Part shown: in pieces, positions 8,944 to 17,758 of the stretch
Layout of the letters: each line of letters begins with the position of its first letter
Numbering within the stretch: position 1 is the first letter of the stretch
Assembly (NCBI GenBank): GCA_965371175.1
Contig: CBDUXI010000002.1
Location: 2,694-66,693, forward strand
Reading direction: 5' to 3'
Source of the DNA: an uncultured bacterium
GTDB taxonomy: Bacteria; Nitrospirota; JACRHL01
DNA: 64,000 nt
Position numbers and translations under genes: made by a program
Notes under the pieces: model-generated
Seen by the model: the letters and a program-made list of their open reading frames with translations, nothing else
What the model was told of the DNA's origin: nothing
Database searches by the model: none

Positions 8944-9873
8944 TTATGCGGCGGCGCGCCTGGCCACCGGGGTGACCGGGATGGTCATTGTGTACCGGCA
9001 CCCCGCTTCGGAAAGGGGTTCACTGTGCAGGTTGCCTCCCAGGTGTGTACTCAGGTGGGTGGCCATGATCAGGGCGGGCTCTGCTTCCGGAGAGAGCGGG
9101 GCGCGGGGGTGCGATGGGCCGTTGGTGGAACCGGATACGCTGATGACAAGCTCCCTGCCGCCCGTCGCGTCCGGTTGCTCTGCCCGGACGATAATGTCAC
9201 CCCCGCCGGGCAGCGAGCGGATCGTTGTGGACAGCAGGGCGTCCACGGTGAGGGCCAGCATACCGGGGTCGGCGGTGACCTCGTCCATATACTCCATATG
9301 GACCGAAAGGGAAATGCCCGCATCTTCGGCGACCCCTTGATACGGTGCCATGGCTTGCTCAATCAGGTGCGAAACGGCCACCCGTTTGAGGTGGGGCTCC
9401 CCCATAAATGCGTCCGCACCGGAGAGCCACGCCACCCGTGAAATTTGCTCCTGCAACGGGTCGATGTGTTCCCACAGGTCATCCGTTGTGATCTTTTTGC
9501 CGTTGGGTCCGGCGCTTAAGCCCGCTTCGGCGGCGGTGCCGAATGCCAGGGCGGCCTTGACGCATTCATCCAGTTGTTGCCCCATGTACGACAGGAATGC
9601 GGAGCGCAGTTCCTGATCGGGAAAGGCTCGCTCCAGGTACGGCAGCAACTGTTCCGAGGAGGCGGTCGGCGAGATGCCGGCGCGCATGGCCAGTTGTTTG
9701 ATTGGCTTTAGCGTCCAGTGCGCCAGTACCACAATGGTGGCAATGAGCACGGCGGAGCCGATCGCCCATGTGGCGTACTGGGGCAACCGGGTAACCGACA
9801 GGGCCGCAAGCGCGGTCGCGCCGCCGGCAGCGGCTACGGTCAGCGAAAAAGTAAGACGTCCGTAAAAGGTCAT
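8944..9873 (-). CDS. membrane-anchored histidine-kinase-like ATPase (HATPase_c)
   Basis: Start moved to ATG 9873 ('MTFYGRLTFSL'), followed by two TM helices. HATPase region 'DIIVRAEQPD...ELVISVSGSTNG'. A divergent possible H-box 'RVAVSHLIEQA'. Lies 10 nt upstream of the GAF kinase. Confidence 0.5.
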   Translation of the reverse strand: MTFYGRLTFSLTVAAAGGATALAALSVTRLPQYATWAIGSAVLIATIVVLAHWTLKPIKQLAMRAGISPTASSEQLLPYLERAFPDQELRSAFLSYMGQQLDECVKAALAFGTAAEAGLSAGPNGKKITTDDLWEHIDPLQEQISRVAWLSGADAFMGEPHLKRVAVSHLIEQAMAPYQGVAEDAGISLSVHMEYMDEVTADPGMLALTVDALLSTTIRSLPGGGDIIVRAEQPDATGGRELVISVSGSTNGPSHPRAPLSPEAEPALIMATHLSTHLGGNLHSEPLSEAGCRYTMTIPVTPVARRAAA

Positions 9874-10000
9874 GTGAATACTGCCTGCACGGGTATTTAA
9901 AAATGGGGCCGGTAGCGGCGCTCTCTCCCTTCCTCCTTTTCGGGAAGGCGCCCGCAGGACTTGAGGGGGGAGACGGTGACCGGTAATATTCGCTATCACC

Positions 10001-11437
10001 ATGACCCATTCTTGCCCCATGCACCCCCGGTCGATGAACCGGGCCGAAATTGCCGCCGCCGTGCGCCAGGTGTCCGCCGCCGTAACGGATGGGGTGGTGG
10101 TCAAAATTCGCGAACCGCTGCCCGACCATCTGGCGTTTGAGGTCAGAAAATCCGGGCGCAACGTGGAGTTTGTGATCGGCGTGGCCGCCGGGCTGTCACG
10201 GATTCATCTGGCGGACAACCTGCCGCCGACGCCGCCGGGGCCATGCGCGCTGACCTTGCGGGCCAGAAAGTTGATGCGCCCGGCACGGGTGGTCGGCATC
10301 GAACAGCTTGCGGGCGATCGGGTGGTGGTGCTGACGATCAGCCGTCACAAAGATGAGGAAGAGCAGTGGCAAGGCAGTCTGGTGGCGGAACTGTTTTCCC
10401 GTGGGCGGCTGTTTTTGCTGGACGATCAACAGCGGGTGCTAGCGGTAAGTGGACCGGGTGGTACCCGCGGGCTGGCCGTGGGCGATGTGTACCTGCCGCC
10501 CGCGCCGCCGACCGCCACGCCGCCTGCGGAGGCCGCAGAAAAAATCACCTGTGTGCAACTGGAGGCCCGCTATGCCGAATGGGCGGGCAGGCAGCACACG
10601 GAACGGGCCGTGCGCGCGCAAGCTGCTCGCATCGGGCGGGAGAAAAAACGCATCACGCGCAAAATTGCCGCCATGGAGCGGGACCTTGCCCGCCTGGACG
10701 GCTGGGAAGAACTGGCCCGGGAAGGGGAGTTGCTTGCCGCCCACCGGCATCTATTAAAACGGGGCATGTCGCAGGTGAGTGTGACCGACTGGCATGTGGA
10801 GGGCAGCCCGGAATGCACAATCGTGCTGGACCCGGAGCGCACCCCGGAGCAGCATATTGAAGACCTTTTTAAGAAGGCCAGAAAGGCGCGCTCGGGCCGC
10901 CCGCAGATCACCGCACGCATTGCCGCCGCCCATGCCGATCTGGAACGGCTGGCAAAGCAGGAAGTGATGCTTGCGGAGGCACCGGAAAAGGCGCTCCTGG
11001 CACGGCAGAAATCTGCGCCGAAGGCCGGGCGGCGTACCGACAAATCCGGCGGAGATCTGCGGCGGTTTGTCTCGTCCGACAAGTGGGACATCTATGTGGG
11101 CCGCAACGCCACGGAAAACGATCGCATTACCTTCCGTCTGGCCCGGGGCAACGACCTGTGGTTTCACGCCAGAGACACCTCCGGCTCCCACGTTTTGCTG
11201 CGGGGCAGCGGCGGCACGGCACCGGAACGGGCGGTGCACGAAGCGGCGGCACTGGCCGCCCACTTCAGCAAATTAAAAAATCAGGGGGGTGGCGAGGTGA
11301 TCTGCGCCCAGCGTAAATACCTGAAAAAACCACGGGGTGGCAACCCCGGTCAGGTGCTGGTGACCCAGGAACGGGTCATCCACGTGCGCCTGGACGAGGA
11401 ACTGGTGGCCAGGTTAAAGCGCCGCCGGGCCGACTAG
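10001..11437 (+). CDS. NFACT-family (RqcH/Rqc2/FbpA-like, DUF814) protein
   Basis: C-terminal NFACT-R/DUF814 block 'DIYVGRNATENDRITFRLARGNDLWFHARDTSGSHVLL' and a central coiled-coil. The N-terminus is atypical. An alternative start at ATG 10034 is possible. Confidence 0.55.
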   Translation: MTHSCPMHPRSMNRAEIAAAVRQVSAAVTDGVVVKIREPLPDHLAFEVRKSGRNVEFVIGVAAGLSRIHLADNLPPTPPGPCALTLRARKLMRPARVVGIEQLAGDRVVVLTISRHKDEEEQWQGSLVAELFSRGRLFLLDDQQRVLAVSGPGGTRGLAVGDVYLPPAPPTATPPAEAAEKITCVQLEARYAEWAGRQHTERAVRAQAARIGREKKRITRKIAAMERDLARLDGWEELAREGELLAAHRHLLKRGMSQVSVTDWHVEGSPECTIVLDPERTPEQHIEDLFKKARKARSGRPQITARIAAAHADLERLAKQEVMLAEAPEKALLARQKSAPKAGRRTDKSGGDLRRFVSSDKWDIYVGRNATENDRITFRLARGNDLWFHARDTSGSHVLLRGSGGTAPERAVHEAAALAAHFSKLKNQGGGEVICAQRKYLKKPRGGNPGQVLVTQERVIHVRLDEELVARLKRRRAD

Positions 11438-11464
11438 GGTTTGTTAACAGGCCCTGGCTTGTGC

Positions 11465-11495
11465 CCCGCCGGGATGGATGTACCACCCCGGCGGG
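11465..11495. other. perfect 9-bp inverted repeat (CCCGCCGGG-N13-CCCGGCGGG) between convergent genes
   Basis: Seen in sequence. There is no U-tract on either side, so it is a stem-loop only. Confidence 0.35.
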
Positions 11496-11518
11496 AATCA
11501 GGCCCGCAAGGAATCAGA

Positions 11519-12010
11519 TTAGTTGAACAGAATGGTGCCGTGGGTCTGGGCCGCCATAAAGAACAGCATCGGGATCGACAGCACGGTGTTGGTGCGGGAG
11601 GCCAGCAGCGCGGTGCGGGCCGCTTTGGCCTTCTGCTCGTCGGTGGCCTCCACCATGCCCAGTATTTTTTTCTGGTTGGGCCAGATCAGCACCCATACGT
11701 TGAACAGCATGATGGTGCCGAGCCACGCGCCCATGCCGATGATGGCGGCGTTGCCTTGCAGCATGAACGCCTTGCCGAAAATGCCCATGTGCCCGAGGAT
11801 GGCGGCACCGGAAAGCCAGGTGACCACGGCGGACCAGCGGAACCACAACAGCGCCCGGGGGGCGATGTGCTTGGTGATGCCGGGGGCGGTGCCGTCGGCC
11901 TTGGCGGCGCCGAGTCCCGGCACCTGTACAAAGTTAAAGTAGTAAAGCAGGCCGATCCAGGTGATTCCGGCCAGAAAGTGTGCCCAGCGGGCAAAAAACG
12001 CGAATTCCAT
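11519..12010 (-). CDS. hypothetical 4-TM membrane protein
   Basis: 163 aa and hydrophobic ('HFLAGITWIGLLYYFNFVQ'). No family confidently recognised. Confidence 0.5.
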   Translation of the reverse strand: MEFAFFARWAHFLAGITWIGLLYYFNFVQVPGLGAAKADGTAPGITKHIAPRALLWFRWSAVVTWLSGAAILGHMGIFGKAFMLQGNAAIIGMGAWLGTIMLFNVWVLIWPNQKKILGMVEATDEQKAKAARTALLASRTNTVLSIPMLFFMAAQTHGTILFN

Positions 12011-12061
12011 AATAATCTCCAGTCTGTAGCAGTGGTTGAGGGTCCGGCATGTGTGGCCGGG

Positions 12062-12157
12062 TCAGCCCATCACTCCCTTGACGACAAAATAAAGAATCCC
12101 CGTCAGGACGAACCCCGAGACGATGGTTCCGGTAATGGATTCGAGTGGGTTTTTCAT
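12062..12157 (-). CDS. small hydrophobic peptide (31 aa), not in the ORF track
   Basis: ATG at 12157 preceded by AAGGAG. Encodes MKNPLESITGTIVSGFVLTGILYFVVKGVMG. Lies 50 nt upstream of, and co-oriented with, the 11519..12010 gene. Confidence 0.3.
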   Translation of the reverse strand: MKNPLESITGTIVSGFVLTGILYFVVKGVMG

Positions 12158-12414
12158 GATGACTCCTTAGATAACGCTTGCCGCCCGCCCCGGATGACCG
12201 AGGTGGATTGCAAAATAGTTCCGCACGTTCAAACGGTTATGTGTACCCCTTGCGACAATTAAAGGGTGATGCTAAATGTGCCCGTTCGGGCTGGTCAAGC
12301 ACAAGTTAGCGAATCGCCATCCTGCCCCCGGCCGTTCCCTTGCGGTTCGCGGGTGCCGCCGGAAACGTGTACCATGAAAAGAAGTCACGATGAATTTTAC
12401 GGGTTTCGGGTGAG

Positions 12415-13914
12415 GTGCCCTTGGTAAATGATCGCGTCAGCGGCCTGCTGCTTCATCCCACGTCACTGCCAGGTGGTGTGGGGGTGGGCGATTTCGGCTG
12501 CGAGGCATATCAATTTATCGACTTTTTAAAGGCGGCAGGACAGCGCCGCTGGCAGGTGTTGCCACTGGGGCACGTGGGGCACGGCAACTCTCCGTACACC
12601 TGCCTTTCCACCCATGCGGGCAACCCGCTGTTGATCAGTCCGGTACAGTTGGTGGCGGACGGTCATTTGCACCCGGACGACCTGGCCAACATTGATGAGA
12701 CGGCCGGGGACCAGGTGGACTTTGACGTGGCGTTCCATGCCAAAACCGCCCTGCTTGCCCGCGCCTTTGAGCGGTTCCGCAAATCCCCCCCCAAGGCGGC
12801 GGCGGGGTTCGTCCGATTTTGCGCCGAAGAGAAAGATTGGCTGGATGACTACGCTCTGTTTGTCGCGCTGAAGGCCCACTATGAGGGCACCCCGTGGTAC
12901 CAGTGGGAAGCGCCGGTGCGCGAGCGCAGACCGGAGACGCTGGAAGCGTTGCGCACCCGGTTGACCGACCAGATCGAACGGGTGCGCTACGATCAGTTTC
13001 TGTTTCATGGTCAGTGGCAGGCGGTGCGCCGCTATGCGGCAAAAAACGGGGTGGCCATCATTGGCGACCTGCCCATCTTTTTACCCCACGACAGTGTGGA
13101 CGTGTGGTGTCACCCGGAACTGTTCAAGCTGGATCGGCGTGGCCATCCGACCGTGGTGGCCGGGGTGCCGCCCGACTATTTCAGCGCCACCGGTCAGTTG
13201 TGGGGCAACCCGGTCTATCGCTGGAGTGCCCACGCAGATACCGGCTTTGCCTGGTGGGTGGAGCGCATACGGGCGGCCCTGGCCCAGGTGGATATTTTGC
13301 GGCTGGATCACTTTCGCGGGTTTGCCGCCGGATGGGAGGTGCCTGCGGACGCTGCCGACGCCACCTCCGGCACGTGGGTGACCGGTCCCGGCACCGCCCT
13401 GTTTACCGCCGTGTCTGCGGCACTGGGTCCAATCAACAAGCTGCCGTTTATTGCGGAGGATCTGGGGATCATCACCGACGACGTAATTGCCCTCAGGGAA
13501 GCGGTCGGCTTTCCCGGTATGGCGGTGTTGCAGTTTGCCTTTGACTCCGGCGCGGAGAACACCCACCTGCCGCACCACCACCGGCCCGCTCAGGTGGTCT
13601 ACACCGGCACCCACGACAACGATACGACAGTGGGATGGTACAAAGGGCTGGACGGGCCGGTGCGTCACGCCGTGTGCGATTACCTGAAAACCGACGGCAG
13701 CCGGATTCACTGGGACCTGATCCGCACCGCCCTGTCGTCGGTGGCCGAAACCACCATCATTCCAGTGCAGGACATCCTGGGGCTGGGAAGTGCCGCCCGG
13801 ATGAACCGGCCCGGCAAGGCGGACGGCTCCTGGGGGTGGCGGCTTTTGCCCGGACAACTGGACGAGCGCCTGGCCGACGCTTTAAAAGAGGTGACCGTCC
13901 GCTACAGTAGATAG
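12415..13914 (+). CDS. malQ: 4-alpha-glucanotransferase (amylomaltase)
   Basis: 'SGLLLHPTSLPG..GVGDFG' and the length of about 500 aa fit GH77 MalQ. GTG start. Confidence 0.85.
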   Translation: MPLVNDRVSGLLLHPTSLPGGVGVGDFGCEAYQFIDFLKAAGQRRWQVLPLGHVGHGNSPYTCLSTHAGNPLLISPVQLVADGHLHPDDLANIDETAGDQVDFDVAFHAKTALLARAFERFRKSPPKAAAGFVRFCAEEKDWLDDYALFVALKAHYEGTPWYQWEAPVRERRPETLEALRTRLTDQIERVRYDQFLFHGQWQAVRRYAAKNGVAIIGDLPIFLPHDSVDVWCHPELFKLDRRGHPTVVAGVPPDYFSATGQLWGNPVYRWSAHADTGFAWWVERIRAALAQVDILRLDHFRGFAAGWEVPADAADATSGTWVTGPGTALFTAVSAALGPINKLPFIAEDLGIITDDVIALREAVGFPGMAVLQFAFDSGAENTHLPHHHRPAQVVYTGTHDNDTTVGWYKGLDGPVRHAVCDYLKTDGSRIHWDLIRTALSSVAETTIIPVQDILGLGSAARMNRPGKADGSWGWRLLPGQLDERLADALKEVTVRYSR

Positions 13915-14250
13915 CCGGTCCGTGTCCCTTTCCGGGTAATTTCGTGCGGTATGCGGTTGACTATGCCGTCTTGAGAATGGTAATCATTATAGTCTTTACC
14001 AAGTTTGAAAAACTGGTTTGTGGAGTGAGCGGGGGCGGATGGATGGCCCCCGATTGAGAGCATGGATCGGCCTTTGCGGAGGTGGGTCGTAAAGAGGGAT
14101 GAGCATCGGGCGGGAAGGTGATATGATGAATCTTATAAGGGTGGATAAGGGATGTCGTTTGTTACTTCCGCTCGATCGGCTGGGCGCCGTGTCGGGATTC
14201 CTGACAATTTCGGTAGTGTAGGGAAGCCCGGTTAAGGAGATGCGCGTACG

Positions 14251-14817
14251 ATGAAGGATATGAGAGGGTTCGAGGCTGCCACCGGGAAGAAAGACCCGGA
14301 ACCGGTTACCCGGAGAGACTTTTTTACCTTGGTTGGCTGGGGCGGATTTCTTGCCGCCATGGCGGGCGTGGGAGTCGGTTCGTTCAAGTTTTATGTGCCG
14401 ACCGTTCTGTATGAGCCGCCGACCACGTTCAAGATCGGCCCGCCCAAGGATTACGGCGTCGGGGTGGATGCCCGCTGGAAAACCATCGGTCAGTTCTGGG
14501 TGGTAAAGGAAGCGGCGGGCATGTACGCCCTGATCTCCATCTGTCGCCATCTGGGGTGTACCCCCAACTGGTTCCCCGATCAGGAGCGGTTCCGGTGCCC
14601 GTGCCACGGAAGTATTTACGACACCGCCGGAAATGTCCGGGGAGGTCCTGCGCCGCGTACCTTGTGGCGTGCGGCCATCTCGATCGACCCGGTGGATGGT
14701 CAGATTGTGGTCAACACCGCGATTCGGCAGGATCCCGACCCTGTTTCCATTGAGGGGATCTCCGTTTATGTGGATCCAGAACCGAGGAAGATAGCCCCTT
14801 ACTTTATCGAAGTTTGA
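14251..14817 (+). CDS. Rieske 2Fe-2S subunit of a cytochrome bc/b6f-type complex (Tat signal)
   Basis: Tat motif 'RRDFFTL'. Rieske boxes 'CRHLGC' and 'CPCHGS'. Confidence 0.85.
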   Translation: MKDMRGFEAATGKKDPEPVTRRDFFTLVGWGGFLAAMAGVGVGSFKFYVPTVLYEPPTTFKIGPPKDYGVGVDARWKTIGQFWVVKEAAGMYALISICRHLGCTPNWFPDQERFRCPCHGSIYDTAGNVRGGPAPRTLWRAAISIDPVDGQIVVNTAIRQDPDPVSIEGISVYVDPEPRKIAPYFIEV

Positions 14818-14882
14818 TTGCTGGACAATGTGGCCCCCAATATTTGTAACAGGGGGCGTTCTGTACCTGTGGAGATAGCGCT

Positions 14883-15644
14883 GTGATAGATCGCTTCGCA
14901 AGCTATGTGCGAAATACCCAACTGTGGCAATCCGTTTTCCGCCACGGTTATCCGGACAACGACCGGAACCAATCGTTGGTCATGTTTTCCAGCGTGCTGT
15001 TGCACCTGCACCCGGTGAAGATCAAGCGCAGTGCGCTCAGGTTCCGGTATACCATGTGCCTGGGCGGGCTTTCCGCCTTCATGTTTCTGCTGTTGACCTT
15101 TACCGGCATCTTCCTGATGTTCTACTACGTGCCCGACACCCGTCAGGCCTATAGCAACATCAAGGATCTGACTTCCAACGTCTTTATGGGCGCTCTCATG
15201 CGCGACCTGCACAAATGGTCGGCCGAAGCCATGGTGCTTCTGGTGTGGGCGCACATGTTCCGGGTGTTCATGACGGGTGCCTACAAGGCCCCGCGTGAGC
15301 TCAACTGGGGCGTGGGCGTGCTGCTCTTAACCATGACCCTGCTGTTGTCCTGGACCGGCTACCTGTTGCCGTGGGATCAGCTGGCCCTGTGGGCGATCAC
15401 GGTGGGCACCAAGATGGCCGAGGCCACGCCGTTTTTCGGCTATGCCGGGCCGTGGGGGCAGCAACTGGGCATGCGGGTGGACAACGACATTCGCTTCCTT
15501 TTGATCGGCGGTACCGTGGTGGGACAGAACGCGCTGCTGCGCTTCTACGTGCTCCACTGCGTGGCCCTGCCGGTGCTGATTACCCTGGGTATGGTGGTGC
15601 ACTTCTGGCGCATCCGTAAGGACGGTTTTTCCGGGCCGCTGTAG
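14883..15644 (+). CDS. cytochrome b6-type subunit (cytochrome b N-terminal domain)
   Basis: The four-helix haem-binding core with conserved His ('[20 protein letters not shown]', '[11 protein letters not shown]') is typical of split b6. Confidence 0.85.
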   Translation: MIDRFASYVRNTQLWQSVFRHGYPDNDRNQSLVMFSSVLLHLHPVKIKRSALRFRYTMCLGGLSAFMFLLLTFTGIFLMFYYVPDTRQAYSNIKDLTSNVFMGALMRDLHKWSAEAMVLLVWAHMFRVFMTGAYKAPRELNWGVGVLLLTMTLLLSWTGYLLPWDQLALWAITVGTKMAEATPFFGYAGPWGQQLGMRVDNDIRFLLIGGTVVGQNALLRFYVLHCVALPVLITLGMVVHFWRIRKDGFSGPL

Positions 15645-15680
15645 GCGTTGGCCCCGACGGTTTACTGGTGATGAATTCTT

Positions 15681-16529
15681 TTGCTAGAGGAGTTTGACGT
15701 GGCGGATCGAGAGACCACGGAAAACATTTTTCCGAGAAATCCCAAAAAATCTTACGCGCTCATGGAGCTCGTCAAGGGGCAGGGGTTTCAAACACGCAAG
15801 CAGCCGGAAGACACCGTGTTTGTCTGGCCGCACCTGCTGTACATTGAGCTGATTGCCGCAAGCCTGTCGCTGGCGGCCCTGCTGTGGGTCTGTACCTTCA
15901 AGCACGCGCCGCTGGAAGACATGGCCAGCGCCGACACCACCCCCAACCCGATGAAGGCCCCATGGTACTTCCTGGGATTGCAGGAGCTGCTGGTGTTCTT
16001 CGATCCATGGCTTGCCGGCATGGTGCTGCCCAGCTTGATTGTCGTGGGGCTGATGGTGATCCCGTATGTCGATATCAACTCCAGGGGGGTGGGCTACTGG
16101 GCCTGGAAAGAACGACCGTTCGCCATCTGGACCTTTATGTTCGGCTTTTTCCAGTGGTGGGTATTCATTATCATCGGCGTGTACTTCCGTGGCCTGGACT
16201 GGGCCTGGTACTGGCCGTGGGATGACTGGACCATACACAAGTCAGCCTCTGGCGACACCCTGAACGACATGAACGTGATCCTTCAGGGTTGGGGCATGAG
16301 CCCCGCAGCGTCGGACTGGTCCACCTATCTGATGACCATCGGGTACTTTGTGGTATTCCTGGTGTTCCCGGCGCTCATCTGGCGAAAGTTTTCCGCGCAG
16401 CTGGGATTTGCCCGTTACATCACCGTATGGGGTCTGATGGCCCTGCTATGGATTTCGCCGGTCAAGGTGGCCTTGCGTCTGGGCTTTAATATCAAATACT
16501 TCATGATCACCCCGTGGTTCAAGCTGTAG
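15681..16529 (+). CDS. cytochrome bc subunit IV (cytochrome b C-terminal domain, PetD-like), extended
   Basis: 'APWYFLGLQELL' (PEWYF signature) plus TM helices. An N-terminal extension of about 70 aa. The start is TTG 15681 on the track; 15699 GTG or 15756 ATG are alternatives. Confidence 0.75.
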   Translation: MLEEFDVADRETTENIFPRNPKKSYALMELVKGQGFQTRKQPEDTVFVWPHLLYIELIAASLSLAALLWVCTFKHAPLEDMASADTTPNPMKAPWYFLGLQELLVFFDPWLAGMVLPSLIVVGLMVIPYVDINSRGVGYWAWKERPFAIWTFMFGFFQWWVFIIIGVYFRGLDWAWYWPWDDWTIHKSASGDTLNDMNVILQGWGMSPAASDWSTYLMTIGYFVVFLVFPALIWRKFSAQLGFARYITVWGLMALLWISPVKVALRLGFNIKYFMITPWFKL

Positions 16530-16577
16530 TCTGTCCGGCACTGAGCCAGGACCCGTAAGAGAGAGACCTTCGCGCCC

Positions 16578-17507
16578 ATGGACATCAAGAATGTACTGTT
16601 CGCCATTGCCGGGCTGAGTCTGGCCGTGCTGTTTGGATATCACTCCTACCAGAGTGCCAACCCCGAATGGCATGACTATCAGCGCACCTATTACAAAATT
16701 CTGGCCGAAAAGATGAACGACCCGAAGCTGGCCGGTACGCCGCTCAAGGTCGATCAGGTCTGGTTACCCACGGTGAACAACCGGGCCGACCGCTGTATGA
16801 CCTGTCACAAGGGGGTCGGTAACCCGCTGTTCAAGGACGCACCGCAGCCGTATACCACCCATCCCAAGTTTTTTGGCGAGGATAACAAGGCCTCCGGCTA
16901 CATGCTCAAGCACCCGTTCTCCAAGTTCGGCTGCACCGTCTGTCACGAAGGCGACCCGCAGGCGCTTACGGTGGAAGCCACCCACGGCAACGTCCACCAT
17001 CTGGACCGGGAGTTGCTGACCGGCGTGTTTACCGAATCGTCGTGCAGCAAGTGCCACCAGTCCCTGTTTGCCCGCCGCGCCGACTTGCCCGAAGCGGCCA
17101 CGTTGATGGCCGGCAAGAACCTGTTTAAAAAGAAGGGTTGTGGTGCCTGTCACACGGCCAAGCAGATGCGCACCCGGGGCACGGCGGGGCCGGAGCTTTC
17201 CGGCTTTGGCAGCAAGACCGAGCTGTCGTTTTTTCTGGTGCATAACTTCCACCATGTGGAAGGGGAGCACACCAAACAGCAGTGGGAGTGGGAGCACTTC
17301 AAGGACCCTCAGAAGGTCACGCCGGGCGACCCTCATGCCACCCCGCCTCAGGCCCCCACCATCATGCCGAACTTCCGCCTGTCGGACGCAGAGACCGATC
17401 AGCTCACCACGCTGATGAGCTCGTTCAAGGACGACGCCAAGGAGGCGATTCCCATGAACTTCCTGAGCAGCTACCCGGAAGTGGTGCCCAGGAAGCCAAG
17501 AAAATAG
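16578..17507 (+). CDS. membrane-anchored tetrahaem c-type cytochrome of the bc operon
   Basis: Four CxxCH motifs (CMTCH, CTVCH, CSKCH, CGACH). N-terminal TM anchor. The last domain resembles a class I cytochrome c. Confidence 0.8.
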   Translation: MDIKNVLFAIAGLSLAVLFGYHSYQSANPEWHDYQRTYYKILAEKMNDPKLAGTPLKVDQVWLPTVNNRADRCMTCHKGVGNPLFKDAPQPYTTHPKFFGEDNKASGYMLKHPFSKFGCTVCHEGDPQALTVEATHGNVHHLDRELLTGVFTESSCSKCHQSLFARRADLPEAATLMAGKNLFKKKGCGACHTAKQMRTRGTAGPELSGFGSKTELSFFLVHNFHHVEGEHTKQQWEWEHFKDPQKVTPGDPHATPPQAPTIMPNFRLSDAETDQLTTLMSSFKDDAKEAIPMNFLSSYPEVVPRKPRK

Positions 17508-17564
17508 GCGTACGCTTCAGGCAATTCGCTGCCCTGAGTGCGCTGGATATCCGCATGGATTGGA

Positions 17565-17611
17565 TGGCCCCGCTACCCATGAAAAATGGACAGCGGGGCC
17601 GTTCTTTTTTT
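17565..17611 (+). terminator. intrinsic terminator after the bc operon
   Basis: Hairpin GGCCCCGCT...AGCGGGGCC followed by TTCTTTTTTT. Confidence 0.6.
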
Positions 17612-17758
17612 GGCCGGTGACTGATCGGCAATCATTTGCCGTCCCCCCCCACGGTGCGTTTGGGGTAGACTGAGACGCTGATTTCCAAAACTCTGATGGA
17701 GCCGCCTGACGTGTGGGAACGCGAAAGGCCACTCCGGCGAAAACAAATAGAGACATGA

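Noticed and set aside
13996-14901. 301-aa minus-strand ORF
   Set aside because: Antisense to the Rieske gene and its leader. Low-complexity Arg/Pro-rich translation.
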